Source of the DNA: an uncultured delta proteobacterium
GTDB taxonomy: Bacteria; Desulfobacterota; WTBG01; CAIYCZ01; CAIRTM01
Direction: 5' to 3'
NCBI GenBank assembly: GCA_963804955.1
Contig: CAWDSQ010000001.1
Span: 96,001 to 160,000 of the forward strand
DNA: 64,000 nt
Part shown: piece after piece, positions 10,124-20,697 of the stretch
Position numbering within the stretch: the stretch's first letter is position 1
Layout of the letters: every line of letters begins with the position of its first letter
Notes under the pieces: generated by a model
Databases searched by the model: none
What the model was told of the DNA's origin: nothing
Seen by the model: only the letters and a program-made list of their open reading frames with translations
Position numbers and translations under genes: made by a program

Positions 10124-11203
10124 TCAGCTGCCGATGACCTGCAATGACTTGTCTGTTCTGGTGAGGATTTCACAGCCCTTTGCCGTCACCACGGCCGTAT
10201 CCTCGATGCGCACCCCGCCCCAGCCCGGCAGATAGATGCCCGGCTCTATCGTTACAACCATGCCTTTCCGGGCAGTGCTTTTTGAGCGTGCAGACACGGC
10301 AGGCGGCTCATGCACGCACAGCCCGAGCCCGTGACCCGTGCCATGGCTGAAGCGCTTGCCCAGGCCATGCTCAGCAATGCAGGAGCGGGCCGCAGCATCA
10401 ACCTCTCTCAAAAGCTTGCCCGGAGCCAGCGCCGCAAGCGCCCGGTCATGAGCCGTTTTTACCGTATCGTAGATGCGCCGCTGCTTTTTGGTCGGCTCGT
10501 CCAGCACGAATGTGCAGGTTTCATCCGAGCAGTAGCCCTCATAGACAACGCCGTAATCGATAATTAATAATTCACCGCCTGCCAAAGATTTTGCCGAAGC
10601 CGTGCCATGGGGCATGGCTGAGCGAACTCCCGATGCCACGATTGTTGGAAAAGCGGCCGCGGCCCCGCCTTTTTTGCGCATGCGGTATTCAAGCTCTGCG
10701 GCAATATCAAGCTCGCTCATGCCGATTGTAATGCAGGGCAGCGTTTCCGCAAGGCTTGCAGCGGCAATCGCTGCTGCACGGGCTAAAAGCTTTATCTCGC
10801 CTGCATCTTTGATCATGCGCACATCGTCAAAGGCGTTGGAACGGTCAACAAGCCTGACCCCGCCAAGAGCTTTCTCCATCTCCCGCATCTGTGCTACGGT
10901 TATCTGCCGTGAGTCAAAGCCGAGTGTGCCCGCGCCGCACTTTTTTACCAGCCGGGCCAGCTCTTTGATTTTATCTTTAAAGGTAATAATACGGCCAGCA
11001 TGAACCTGCTCGTCTGCCTGCACTGTATAGCGGCCGTCCGTGAGGAAAAAACTGCTGTCGCCGGCAAGCAGCAGCGTGCCTTCCGTGCCGGTAAACCCGC
11101 ACAGATACCGGACATTTTCCGGATTTGTAATCAGCACGCCCTGCACAGCGCCGCCGGCAAGTTTTCGCAGCTTCTGCATTCTTTTTTCAAACAATCGACT
11201 CAT
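10124..11203 (-). CDS. Xaa-Pro aminopeptidase (M24 family)
   Basis: YLCGFTG, TDGRY, YCSDETCT, HGTGHGLGLCVHE, TIEPGIY, GVRIED. Confidence 0.95.
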   Translation of the reverse strand: MSRLFEKRMQKLRKLAGGAVQGVLITNPENVRYLCGFTGTEGTLLLAGDSSFFLTDGRYTVQADEQVHAGRIITFKDKIKELARLVKKCGAGTLGFDSRQITVAQMREMEKALGGVRLVDRSNAFDDVRMIKDAGEIKLLARAAAIAAASLAETLPCITIGMSELDIAAELEYRMRKKGGAAAAFPTIVASGVRSAMPHGTASAKSLAGGELLIIDYGVVYEGYCSDETCTFVLDEPTKKQRRIYDTVKTAHDRALAALAPGKLLREVDAAARSCIAEHGLGKRFSHGTGHGLGLCVHEPPAVSARSKSTARKGMVVTIEPGIYLPGWGGVRIEDTAVVTAKGCEILTRTDKSLQVIGS

Positions 11204-11269
11204 GACACTCACCACCTGATATAAGCGTAACCAACCGGAAAAAGATGCTTTTTACCCCGGATTTTTCTA

Positions 11270-11298
11270 TTGACAATTGACCATGGTAAACGTACAGT
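11270..11298 (+). promoter_or_regulatory. Sigma70 promoter with palindromic operator in spacer
   Basis: TTGACA-N17-TACAGT; spacer contains TTGACCATGGTAAA near-palindrome. Confidence 0.55.
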
Positions 11299-11377
11299 GA
11301 TGCTTTGTATACTAACAAAAGGACTGTGCTTTAGTCTATATCATATAACATACACCTAAGCAAAAGGAGAGCAGAAC

Positions 11378-11851
11378 ATGGCAGATCTTGAAAGACGCGT
11401 ACAAATCCTCGAAGACATCGAAGCAATCAAGTACCTCAAGGCTGAATATGCCGATGCTTGCGACGATATGTATAACCCCAAACGCATGCCGGGCCTTTTT
11501 ACCAAAGATGCCGTCTGGGACGGTGAAAAAGAAGGTTTCGGATTGTACACAGGTATTGATGAAGTCTGCAAATTTTTTGATGGCGCAAAAGATACCCTGA
11601 AGTTCGGCGTTCACTGGTTTTTGCAGCCCCGCATCAAAATTCTGAGCGAGAACGAGGCCGAAGGCGTCTGGTATCTCTGGCAGACCAGCACCATGGGCAA
11701 CGGCAAGGACATTTTTCTGGCCGGTCAGGAGTTCGATAAATATCGCAAGGAAGACGGTAAATGGAAAATGAGCCGTATGGAACTGAAACTTTTTTATGCC
11801 GCTGACATCAAGCAGGGCTGGAAGGACGACAAACTTTGCGGTCTTAAGTAA
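11378..11851 (+). CDS. NTF2-like / SnoaL_4 protein (BaiE/LinA-like fold)
   Basis: LEDIEAIKYLKAEYADACD, LFTKDAVW, H..., YRKEDGKWK; AAGGAG SD. Confidence 0.88.
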   Translation: MADLERRVQILEDIEAIKYLKAEYADACDDMYNPKRMPGLFTKDAVWDGEKEGFGLYTGIDEVCKFFDGAKDTLKFGVHWFLQPRIKILSENEAEGVWYLWQTSTMGNGKDIFLAGQEFDKYRKEDGKWKMSRMELKLFYAADIKQGWKDDKLCGLK

Positions 11852-11887
11852 TAAGCAGAACCCTACACAATATATTGTGGTTATTTC

Positions 11888-11928
11888 AAAGTCCGAAGCA
11901 TGGATAGATATGCTTCGGACTTTTTTTT
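11888..11928 (+). terminator. Rho-independent terminator
   Basis: AAAGTCCGAAGCAT-8 nt-ATGCTTCGGACTTT plus T run. Confidence 0.85.
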
Positions 11929-12250
11929 GTTTTCGTAGCATCGCTGTAAATAACTGTATAAACTTTATTTTTCTAGCCAATGCGGTTTATTTGCAACTTT
12001 ATGCAGGAAAAAAGCATAAAAACAACAAATACTGTATATAGAATTGGAATGACTCGATAATTGAGCGTGTTAATAGACTTTGTTGAGGCTGGTTGTAAGA
12101 AAAATGCATTAACATGTCTTTTTTACTTGAATTTTTCTTTTATGAAACTATAATTTAATACAAAGAAGGATCAGTATCCCGTCCGGGATTAATAACCTAA
12201 GCATTTACCAGGTGTGTTTCAGTTTAATTAAACTTCGAGGGAATTCTGAT

Positions 12251-13135
12251 ATGCTAAAAGCTGGTTTAGCAACAAAAGTCGCTGAAAGCGACCTGTGCAT
12301 GGCCGACGAGCAGATTCAGCAGAAAAAAAAGGGGAAAATTCTACCCAAGCATGCGTCGCTTATAAAGCATAACATGTCCCAGCTCAAATCGCATGCTCAT
12401 GCGAAGAAAGCCGGCGCACATGCTCAGCAAAGCGATAAAGAGGAGATTTTTGGAAGATACGAAAAACTTATCAGGTATATTGCAAGCCGCATCGCATCCC
12501 GCCTTCCCCGGCATATAGAGATTCACGATATGATCAATTCCGGCGTGCTGGGGCTTTTAGACGCTATTGAAAAATTTGATACTGCCAAGGGGGTCAAATT
12601 TGAAACCTATGCAGAATACCGCATCAAGGGAGCAATGCTTGACAGCCTGCGCGCCATGGACTGGGTGCCCCGGTCGATTCGAAAGGTTGCAAGCATGCTT
12701 GAAACCACGAGCTCTGATTTAGAAAAAAAGTTGGGCAGGCCCGCTACCAACGAGGAGGTTGCAAAAGCCATGGATGTGGGAGCTGAGCGGTTCTATAAAA
12801 TAATGAACCGGATTTCTCATATATCCACAATAAGCCTTGAACAGGACCCGCACAACTCCAACTCACCGCATTCGCTGCTTGACCGCATCGTGGATGAGGC
12901 CCATTTAAAGCCGTCAGACAGGCTTGACAATGAAGAGCTCAACGGCATGATTTCCGGCAATATCGAGCGCCTTCCCGAAAAGGAGCGCACGGTCATTTCT
13001 CTCTATTATTTTAATGAATTAACCATGAAAGAGATTGGCCGACGCCTTAAGCTCACGGAATCGAGGGTATCCCAGATTCACACCAAAGCGGTGGGGCGGC
13101 TTCGCGGTAAGCTGCGCAAGCAGAACTACTGTTGA
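12251..13135 (+). CDS. fliA: RNA polymerase sigma factor, FliA/WhiG (sigma-28) family
   Basis: KFETYAEYRIKGAMLDSLRAMDWVPRS, ELTMKEIG, ESRVSQIH; start uncertain (12212/12251/12299). Confidence 0.9.
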   Translation: MLKAGLATKVAESDLCMADEQIQQKKKGKILPKHASLIKHNMSQLKSHAHAKKAGAHAQQSDKEEIFGRYEKLIRYIASRIASRLPRHIEIHDMINSGVLGLLDAIEKFDTAKGVKFETYAEYRIKGAMLDSLRAMDWVPRSIRKVASMLETTSSDLEKKLGRPATNEEVAKAMDVGAERFYKIMNRISHISTISLEQDPHNSNSPHSLLDRIVDEAHLKPSDRLDNEELNGMISGNIERLPEKERTVISLYYFNELTMKEIGRRLKLTESRVSQIHTKAVGRLRGKLRKQNYC

Positions 13136-13153
13136 CCAAGACTGCGCTTGAAT

Positions 13154-13636
13154 ATGCCTATTTACGAATTTTACTGCTCACCCTGCCATACCATCTTCAG
13201 CTTTTTTTCGAAAACCATTAATACGACCGCAACTCCCGACTGCCCGAAATGCGGCAGAGCAATCCAGCGGCAGGTATCGCTGTTTGCCTGCATTGACCGG
13301 TCCCGCGGGGACTCGGGAGGGGATGATTTTCCCATCGACGAAAGCAGGCTGGAGGGGGCCATGACGCGGCTATCGTCCGAGGCCGACAAGCTCAATGAGA
13401 ATGATCCGCGACAGGCCGCGAGGCTCATGCGCATGTTCTCGGGCATGACCGGCGTCAAACTGGGCGACGGCATGCAGGAGGCTCTGAACAGACTCGAGTC
13501 GGGAGAGGACCCTGACGCCATAGAGTCGGAGATGGGAGATGTTTTGCAAAATGAGGATCCGTTTCAGCCCGGCCAGACAAGGCCACGCGGCAAAAAAAGT
13601 GCGCCTTTGAGGGATGACACGCTGTATGACTTTTAA
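13154..13636 (+). CDS. FmdB-family zinc-ribbon protein
   Basis: MPIYEFYCSPC...CPKCG; helical C-terminal domain. Confidence 0.85.
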   Translation: MPIYEFYCSPCHTIFSFFSKTINTTATPDCPKCGRAIQRQVSLFACIDRSRGDSGGDDFPIDESRLEGAMTRLSSEADKLNENDPRQAARLMRMFSGMTGVKLGDGMQEALNRLESGEDPDAIESEMGDVLQNEDPFQPGQTRPRGKKSAPLRDDTLYDF

Positions 13637-13888
13637 CCGGATTTTTTCTGTTTCTGCATAAGCCCGCAGCACGTGAGCCTTTTTTTGTCGTGGAACTATG
13701 AGAAGGCCGCGGCATCTCCACCTCTTTCCGAACAGGTATACCTCTTTGCAATGCACCGGATTTAAGCCTTTCTGCATGCCGCCCGCGCATTGATTCCCCA
13801 ATACGATACTCGTTCTTTTCTTGCAATCATGCTGTGAAGCTATAATAATATAGAAGAGCACGCACGCCACCACGCAGCAGAGGCAGCT

Positions 13889-14410
13889 ATGACAGACCTG
13901 AAATACCGCTTTTCATGGGACCTTCTGGGAAACATAGAGCTTGGGAGGCCGAATCTCGGGCCGACAACCCGGCTTGAGGTATACCGCCTCATGCAATTCA
14001 CCCTGCGCGATGTCCTTGAAAAAGAGTTTGGAACGGAAAAAGCTGACGGGCTGTTTCGCGAGGCCGGCTATCTTGCGGGAATGGAATTTTACCGGCACAT
14101 GCTGGGCGAGGCCACAGAATTCGGAGACTTTACAAAAAAGCTTCAGGAAGTATTAAAGGAGATGCAGATAGGTGTTTTGCGCATCGAAAAAGCTGACCTG
14201 ACAGAAGGCAAAATCATACTGACCATTTCCGAAGATCTGGACTGCTCCGGGCTGCCTGAAATGGGTTATGAAATATGCGTGTATGATGAGGGCTTTATTG
14301 CCGCGCTTCTGGAAAGTTTCAGCGGTCAAAAATTTGAAGTGCAGGAAGTCGACTGCTGGTGCACCGGAGATAGAACATGCCGCTTCACCGCAACCATGCT
14401 CAGGGAATGA
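13889..14410 (+). CDS. V4R (4-vinyl reductase) domain protein
   Basis: EDLDCSG, ICVYDEGFIA, EVDCWCTGDRTCRF. Confidence 0.9.
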   Translation: MTDLKYRFSWDLLGNIELGRPNLGPTTRLEVYRLMQFTLRDVLEKEFGTEKADGLFREAGYLAGMEFYRHMLGEATEFGDFTKKLQEVLKEMQIGVLRIEKADLTEGKIILTISEDLDCSGLPEMGYEICVYDEGFIAALLESFSGQKFEVQEVDCWCTGDRTCRFTATMLRE

Positions 14411-15392
14411 CGGCTGTGCAGACCGAAGAGATTGACACAATACTTAAACTGCTGCAGGACAGCATCTATGCACGCACGCTGCCCGCAACCCTGCCCGAGC
14501 CGTTTAACAGCAATCCCGCGCTCAAGCAGTTTTACAGCGATATTGTTGAGCTCAGGGATTTTATACTGGCGATTGCCCAGGGGGATTTTTCAAGCTCGCC
14601 CGGCATTAAGGGGTATCTGGCCGGCGCGTTGAAAACGCTCCAGGCAGGGCTTAAGCATCTCACCTGGCAGACCAAGATGATTGCACAGGGGGATTTTTCC
14701 CATCGGGTGGATTTTATGGGAGAGTTTTCCGAAGCCTTCAATGCAATGGTTGACCGGCTCGATGCTTCGGTGCGGGAGCTCAACCGGACCAATCAGGATC
14801 TGCTGCGCGAAATAGAGGAACGGAAAAAAACCGAGGCCGCCCTGCGGGAAAGCGAAGAAAAATATAAACAGCTTTCAATAACCGATCCGCTGACGGGGCT
14901 GTTCAACCGCCGGCATTTCTATGAGCTGGCCGCTACGGAGTTTGACCGGTCAAGCCGGCACCTGCGGCGGATTGCCCTCATCATATATGACCTTGACAGC
15001 TTCAAAGACATAAATGACACCTTCGGGCATGTGGCGGGTGATGCTGCGCTGAAGCATATAGCGGTGCTGTCAGGCAACGAGGTTCGGAAAATCGATATTC
15101 TGGCCCGTTACGGCGGCGAAGAATTTATCTGTCTGCTGCCGGAAACCGGCCTGCAGAAAGCAGCGCTTGTGGCGGAACGCATGCGGCATGCAATTGAATC
15201 ACATCCGCTGCAGCAGCAGGGGCAGGCAATCGCCGTGACGGCAAGCTTCGGCGTGGCTGCTGTTGAAAAAATCATAGATGCCAGGAATCATATATGAGCC
15301 ATATTCAGGGCATCATCAAACAGGCTGATGAGGCCCTGTACCAGGCAAAAGGCTTAGGTAAAAACCGGGTTGTTGCAGCCCCTGCGGAGTGA
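14407..15392 (+). CDS. HAMP-like/coiled-coil GGDEF diguanylate cyclase (frameshift near 15290)
   Basis: TDPLTGLFNRR, DLDSFKDIND, RKID I-site, GGEEF; C-terminus ADEALYQAKGLGKNRV lies in another frame ending TGA 15392; ATGA overlap with V4R gene. Confidence 0.9.
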
Positions 15393-15620
15393 TCGGGGAG
15401 CCGGACAAAGTGTTCAGAAAAAAGCGCGAGATCCGGGAAGACAGCTGGTACATGGACAAAGCTCCAGCAAAAGAGTGGCTATACAAATCCCCGTTTAGCA
15501 AATGCGGATGAAACAGGCCTCTGTTGCGCATGGCGCATGCTATATATCAACGATGTACGTGCAGGGAAGATTATTTAAACAGAGACTAGCAGACATATAA
15601 CGAAGCGAAGAAGGCACTGC

Positions 15621-16136
15621 ATGGAAAATAAAATCAAAGCACTAACCGTGGCTCTGGAAAATGAATTGAACGAGCGAGACTTCTATCTGGCCCAGAGCGA
15701 GAAAACCGACAACCCGGTCGGAAAGAAGATGTTTCTGCAGATCGCTGCCGAAGAGGATGAGCATTACCGCCGCCTGCAGAGCATTCATCAGGAGCTTTCC
15801 CGGCAGGGCAAATGGCCCGACACGGTTGCAAACAGTGTCGGCACATCAAACATTCGTGCAACGTTCAAAAAAATTGCCGGCCTGGCGAAAAAAACGCCGG
15901 CGGCCAGCCGCGATGATATTGATGCGCTGAATATAGCCATACAGTTCGAGACAAAGGCTCACAGCTTCTACACAACCCTCTGCAATGCTGCTGAATCCGG
16001 GGCTGAAAAGGAGTTTTTTAAACTTCTTGCCTCAGTTGAATGGGAGCATCTTCTGACATTAAAGGAGTCCCTGCTTTTTTTTGAAAGCCCGGAAGACTGG
16101 TTTGCAGAACATGAAAAATCACAGCTGGAAGGGTGA
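15621..16136 (+). CDS. Ferritin-like / rubrerythrin-family protein
   Basis: Duplicated E..FY...EEDEH and E..FY...EWEH diiron helix pairs. Confidence 0.85.
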   Translation: MENKIKALTVALENELNERDFYLAQSEKTDNPVGKKMFLQIAAEEDEHYRRLQSIHQELSRQGKWPDTVANSVGTSNIRATFKKIAGLAKKTPAASRDDIDALNIAIQFETKAHSFYTTLCNAAESGAEKEFFKLLASVEWEHLLTLKESLLFFESPEDWFAEHEKSQLEG

Positions 16137-16627
16137 CAGGCAAACTGAGTGATGCATAGAAACTCGCTTGGAGATGGGCAAACTTGTGTGTCAACACTAA
16201 GTTTGTCGCAAGATATGGGCACGGCTGGCTGGGCAAAAACGCGCTTTTGCAGCACCCACAGCCCTCCATGGCTGCTTTTGTGCGCAGCACAAGCGTTTCG
16301 CAGGGCTTAAAATTTTAAGCACCTGCAATCAAATATAGGTTTCAAAGGGGTAATCGGGATAGCCGGAGTCATATTGCAGCCGGCGCAGCGCCGGGCAGGC
16401 AAGTGCCGCAGCTCGGCGGTCGTTGTTATCGATCGGAACGTTCCCTGACCCGGGTGAATGTGCCCTCCCCTCTGAGCTATCGCGGTATTCCAGAAAAACT
16501 CCGGTCCTCTGCGGGGCAAGCTTGGGCGCAACCCCCAGGCAAAAAGGCCTTTTTTTTGCCCGCCAGCTGTGATACGCTGCAACCGCTGTCATTATTAACG
16601 TCCAACATAACACTCGGAGGGTAGAAT

Positions 16628-17754
16628 ATGAGAAATTTTTTACTGATATGCGCGGCTGTTATTTTGTCCTTCGGGGCATCTGCCTGTAAAAAAGCCCCTT
16701 TTTACGTTTCCTCAAATGATTTTAAAAAATCACTGCCCGACGCTGCCTATAATTCAAACGACAATAACTACTTTGTCTTTTGGGCCGCGGTCCCGAACGC
16801 CGACAGCACGGATACAAACACTTACATAATGGGCCAGAAGATTTCCCCCTTCGGAAAGCCGGCAGGCAAGCCGGTCGCGGTGCTAGAAACGGAGAATATT
16901 GTGGCCTTGCCGCATTCCCTGTATCTCCCGAACACGAACCAGTATATGGTCTTATATTGCATGTATGCGGGTGGCATGAATGTTTACGGAGTTATTCTGG
17001 ACGAAGACGGCAAGGCCATGGGGGATCATTTCCGCGTAACTGATACGGGGAACCAGTTCCATTTTACTATGGCCCTTGATACGGCAAAAAATCAGATTTT
17101 GGTAACCTACAATGACAGGCGGACCGGCTTCGGAAACATTTATGGCGTGATCCTTGACGAAACCGGCCAGGTAGTGAAAAACGAATTCGTCATCAGCGAT
17201 GCCGCCGGCCACCAGGTGAACCCCGTAGCCTGCTACAATCCGGATAATGCCACGTACCTGACAACTGGGAAGACTTCCGGCAGCACGACAATATAACCGT
17301 CTATGAAACCCTGGAGGTCATGACCAATATCCAGGGCTCTCTGCTGGACGACAACGGCTCAATCCTGGTCGAAGACATACCCATGTGCGTTGACGACAAT
17401 GATACCGATGCCGACCAGCGCTTCAACGGCATAGCTTACAATCCGGACAAGAACGAGTTCCTGGTCACCTGGACCGATACCCGCGAGAGCCAGCAGAATA
17501 TCGGCATAAAAGGCCGGATTGTGAAAGCAGACGGCTCTATGCCCGGGGCTGACTTCACGGTTGTGGACGGCGCAGGCGCCCAGATGATTAGCCATGCCGC
17601 GTACGTGCCGAAAAATCAGCAGTACCTGATTGCTTTCGAATATGATGTCGATGACCTTGACGAGTTCTATTTCAAGGACATCACGGCACAGTTGAATATC
17701 GGGGCCCAAATAGGGTTGAAATCAAAAGGCCTTTGGGATACACACTTACGATAG
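16628..17754 (+). CDS. Repeat-containing lipoprotein, beta-propeller-like (frameshift near 17262; 3' end uncertain)
   Basis: Lipobox GASAC; ~55-aa repeats of type (P)..AYNP..N.YLV.W.D.R...I.G....G across ORFs 16628-17296 and 17320-17754. Confidence 0.7.
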
Positions 17755-17840
17755 CGCCGGATCCTCTACGGTCTGCTATGGCGGATCCGGGCTGCACATT
17801 GCAAATTCCTATTACCGGTCCTTCAAGGATGCATTCGACC

Positions 17841-18260
17841 ATGCTGGAAATCTCCACCCATGTCGCAATTCCCGATAATGAAATTGACCTGAGCGCCATT
17901 CGCGCGCAGGGGGCGGGGGGGCAGAATGTCAATAAGGTTTCAACGGCAATACATCTGCGCTTTGACATTAAGGCATCATCTCTGCCGGATTTTTATAAAG
18001 AGCGGCTTCTGCAATTGCGCGATCAGCGCATCACAAAAGACGGCGTGATCGTTATCAAGGCGCAGGAGTCCCGCACGCAGGAAGGAAACCGTGAAGAAGC
18101 GCTCACCCGGCTGCAGGAGCTTATAAAAAGCGTGGCCATAGTGCGCAAAAAACGCCGCCCGACCAGGCCGACCCTCGGCTCCAAGAAAAAGCGCCTTGAA
18201 GGCAAGACAAGACGGGGAACTGTGAAGTCGCTGCGAGGCAGGGTGGTGGGGGATGCATGA
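17841..18260 (+). CDS. arfB: Alternative ribosome-rescue peptidyl-tRNA hydrolase
   Basis: [10 protein letters not shown], basic C-tail [20 protein letters not shown]. Confidence 0.95.
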   Translation: MLEISTHVAIPDNEIDLSAIRAQGAGGQNVNKVSTAIHLRFDIKASSLPDFYKERLLQLRDQRITKDGVIVIKAQESRTQEGNREEALTRLQELIKSVAIVRKKRRPTRPTLGSKKKRLEGKTRRGTVKSLRGRVVGDA

Positions 18261-18364
18261 TTGTGCCGCCTGCATGAAAGCCTTCCATAAAATTTTTGTA
18301 GAACCTCTCTTATTCTTCCATAAAAATCAATAACTGTTGATGTCATACCGAAGACCGATATCCC

Positions 18365-18420
18365 GTAGGGGCGCACCTTGTGTGCGCCTTTTAGGGGCAG
18401 ACACGCAGGTCTGCCTCGAC
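18365..18420. repeat. GTAG-type REP doublet
   Basis: GTAGGGGCGCACCTTGTGTGCGCC followed by GGGGCAGACACGCAGGTCTGCC. Confidence 0.7.
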
Positions 18421-18466
18421 GGGGACTCTGCTTTTCACCGAGGCGATGAATTTTTTAAATTCCATG

Positions 18467-18504
18467 TTGACAGGGCTGGAAAAATAACTTAATATATAGT
18501 TAAG
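18467..18504 (+). promoter_or_regulatory. Sigma70 promoter with overlapping inverted repeat
   Basis: TTGACA-N17-TAATAT; CTTAA-N7-TTAAG overlapping the -10. Confidence 0.6.
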
Positions 18505-18532
18505 CTACTTAATTATTTATTAATAACGTGCT

Positions 18533-19105
18533 ATGCAGTACCGATTCGGCGACAAAATCCGCGAGGTGCGGGAAAAGCGTAAAATGACCCTGAAGGACGT
18601 GGCGCGCCAGGTCGAGGTGAGCGAGAGCCTTATCTCCCAGATCGAGCGCAACCGCGTTTCCCCTGCCATCGATACGCTGCTGCGCATCGTCGATGTGCTG
18701 GAGATGGATATTGAATACCTGTTTCAGGAATTCAAGAAAACCAAGTCCGTGCATCTTGTGCGGCGCGCCGAGCGCAGCAAGATCGTGCAGCCCGGCATTG
18801 TCTATGAGCAGCTTTCAAAGACGGTCGGGGTAGATGAGGAGCATGCCATGGAGGCCTACTGCCTTGAAATTGCGCCGGGCGGGGAAAAGGGAAGCCGCGA
18901 GTTCGGCCACCGCGGCGGGGAACTGGGCCTGATTCTTGAGGGAAAAGGCGAGCTGCGGTTCGGCACCGAGATATATGAGCTGAACGCGGGCGACAGCATT
19001 TCATTTGCCGCGGATATTCCCCATGAGCTGAACAATACGGGCAAAAAAACACTAAAGGCTGTCTGGGTTACAACGCCGCCGAAGATATTTTTCAAACAGA
19101 CATAG
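18533..19105 (+). CDS. XRE-family HTH + cupin transcriptional regulator
   Basis: TLKDVA..SLISQIERNRVSP; H.GGE..LEG..LNAGDSISF...PH. Confidence 0.93.
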   Translation: MQYRFGDKIREVREKRKMTLKDVARQVEVSESLISQIERNRVSPAIDTLLRIVDVLEMDIEYLFQEFKKTKSVHLVRRAERSKIVQPGIVYEQLSKTVGVDEEHAMEAYCLEIAPGGEKGSREFGHRGGELGLILEGKGELRFGTEIYELNAGDSISFAADIPHELNNTGKKTLKAVWVTTPPKIFFKQT

Positions 19106-19378
19106 CAGGCTGTTGAAAAACGCTCATCTGCCGCCGGTTGCACTCATCATGCTTCACTGCGGCGTACGAAACAGTACGCCTCATTGTCTGCCTGAAGGCA
19201 GAAGACAACAGGGCACTTCGTGCTTTGTCTTCCCCTTGTAGGGTAATCCAAGCTATCCGCTATGCGGATGGCTGTGGCTCGCAAGATTGCCTGCAAGCAG
19301 GTGTCAGAGACACGCGCGTCTTGCATCTGAGCATTTTTGAACAGCCTGTATACAATAACTTTTTCAACCACCTGCTAG
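19103..19378. mobile_element. MITE/REP-like palindromic element
   Basis: TAGCAGGCTGTTGAAAAA ... TTTTTGAACAGCCTG and TTTTTCAACCACCTGCTAG inverted ends; internal GGCGTACGAAACAGTACGCC hairpin. Confidence 0.75.
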
Positions 19379-19402
19379 AGCCACACAAGAGAGGATAGAC
19401 AT

Positions 19403-20696
19403 ATGGGAAAAACAATTGCAGAGAAAATTTTTGACAGCCACCAGGTGGATGAGCCGTATCCGGGCACTCAGGTCATACGGCTTGACGCCGTGTTCTGCCA
19501 TGAAATCACCACGCCCACGGCCATCACCGATCTCATGGCCCGCGGCAAAGACCGGGTGTTTGACCCGGCAAAAATAAAGGCCGTTATCGACCACGTATCG
19601 CCTGCCAAGGACTCAAAGACCGCCGAGCAGGGCAAGGTGCTGCGGGACTGGGCGCGCCGTCACGGCATTCAGGATTTTTTCGACATCGGCCGCAACGGTG
19701 TCTGCCATGCTATTTTCCCGGAAAAGGGTTTTGTGCGGCCGGGCTACACCATCATCATGGGCGATTCGCATACCTGCACGCATGGCGCTTTTGGCGCTTT
19801 TGCCGCGGGCGTGGGCACGACCGATCTTGAGGTGGGCATACTCAAGGGCGTGTGCGCGTTCAAGCCCCCGAAAACCATGAAGTTCGAGCTGAGCGGCAAG
19901 CTGCCTGAAGGTGTCTATGCCAAGGACGTGATTCTTTTTATCATCGGCAAAATCGGGGTCAACGGCGCCACCAATATGATTATGGAATTCACCGGCCCGG
20001 TCATTGACGCCATGGGCATGGACAGCCGCATGACCCTGTGCAATATGGCCATTGAGGCCGGAGCCACCTGCGGCATCTGCAATCCTGACGTGACAACGGT
20101 TGAGTATCTCTGGCCGTTCATTAAAAAAGATTTCGCATCGAAGAAGGAAGCGCTTGCTGCCTATGCAGCCATAGCCTCGGATGCTGACGCGCAGTATGAA
20201 AAAATTTACGAGTTTGATTTAAGCAGTCTTGAGCCCATGGCGACTTTCGACTACCGGCCCGACAATGTTAAGCCCGTGCGCGAGCTTGCAGGCGCGCCGG
20301 TCGACCAGGTCTATATCGGCTCCTGCACCAATGGCAGGATCGAGGATCTGCGCATTGCTGCCGCCGTGCTCAAGGGCGGCAAAATCCATGACCGCGTGCG
20401 GGGCATTCTGTCGCCTGCCACACCGCAGATATACCGGCAGGCCCTTGATGAAGGCCTCATCAACATATTTCATGGATGCCGGGTTCTGCGTGACCAATCC
20501 CACCTGCGGGGCATGTCTCGGCATGAGCAACGGGGTGCTGGCCCCGGGCGAGGTATGCGCTTCAACCACCAACCGTAATTTTTACGGGCGCATGGGCAAG
20601 GGCGGCATGGTGCATCTCATGAGCCCGGCAACAGCCGCTGCTACGGCTCTTGCCGGCTGCATTACCAATTCAGCGCTCTATAAAGGAGGCAAGTGA
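19403..20696 (+). CDS. leuC: 3-isopropylmalate dehydratase large subunit (frameshift near 20470)
   Basis: [35 protein letters not shown] and [12 protein letters not shown] in second frame. Confidence 0.9.
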
Positions 20697-20697
20697 T

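Noticed and set aside
15290..15300. Other TGA stops at split genes (7472, 15295, 61068) as selenocysteine
   Set aside because: The conserved continuation is in a different frame, so these are frameshifts, not readthrough.
16140..16620. c-di-GMP or other riboswitch in the long leader before the 16628 lipoprotein
   Set aside because: Hairpins and GGCAAAC are present, but I could not assemble the GAAA-tetraloop/receptor consensus; unsupported without a covariance search.
19403..20696. Programmed frameshifting or true pseudogene in leuC
   Set aside because: One extra T in a short run, no slippery heptamer, and the same error pattern occurs across many unrelated genes.
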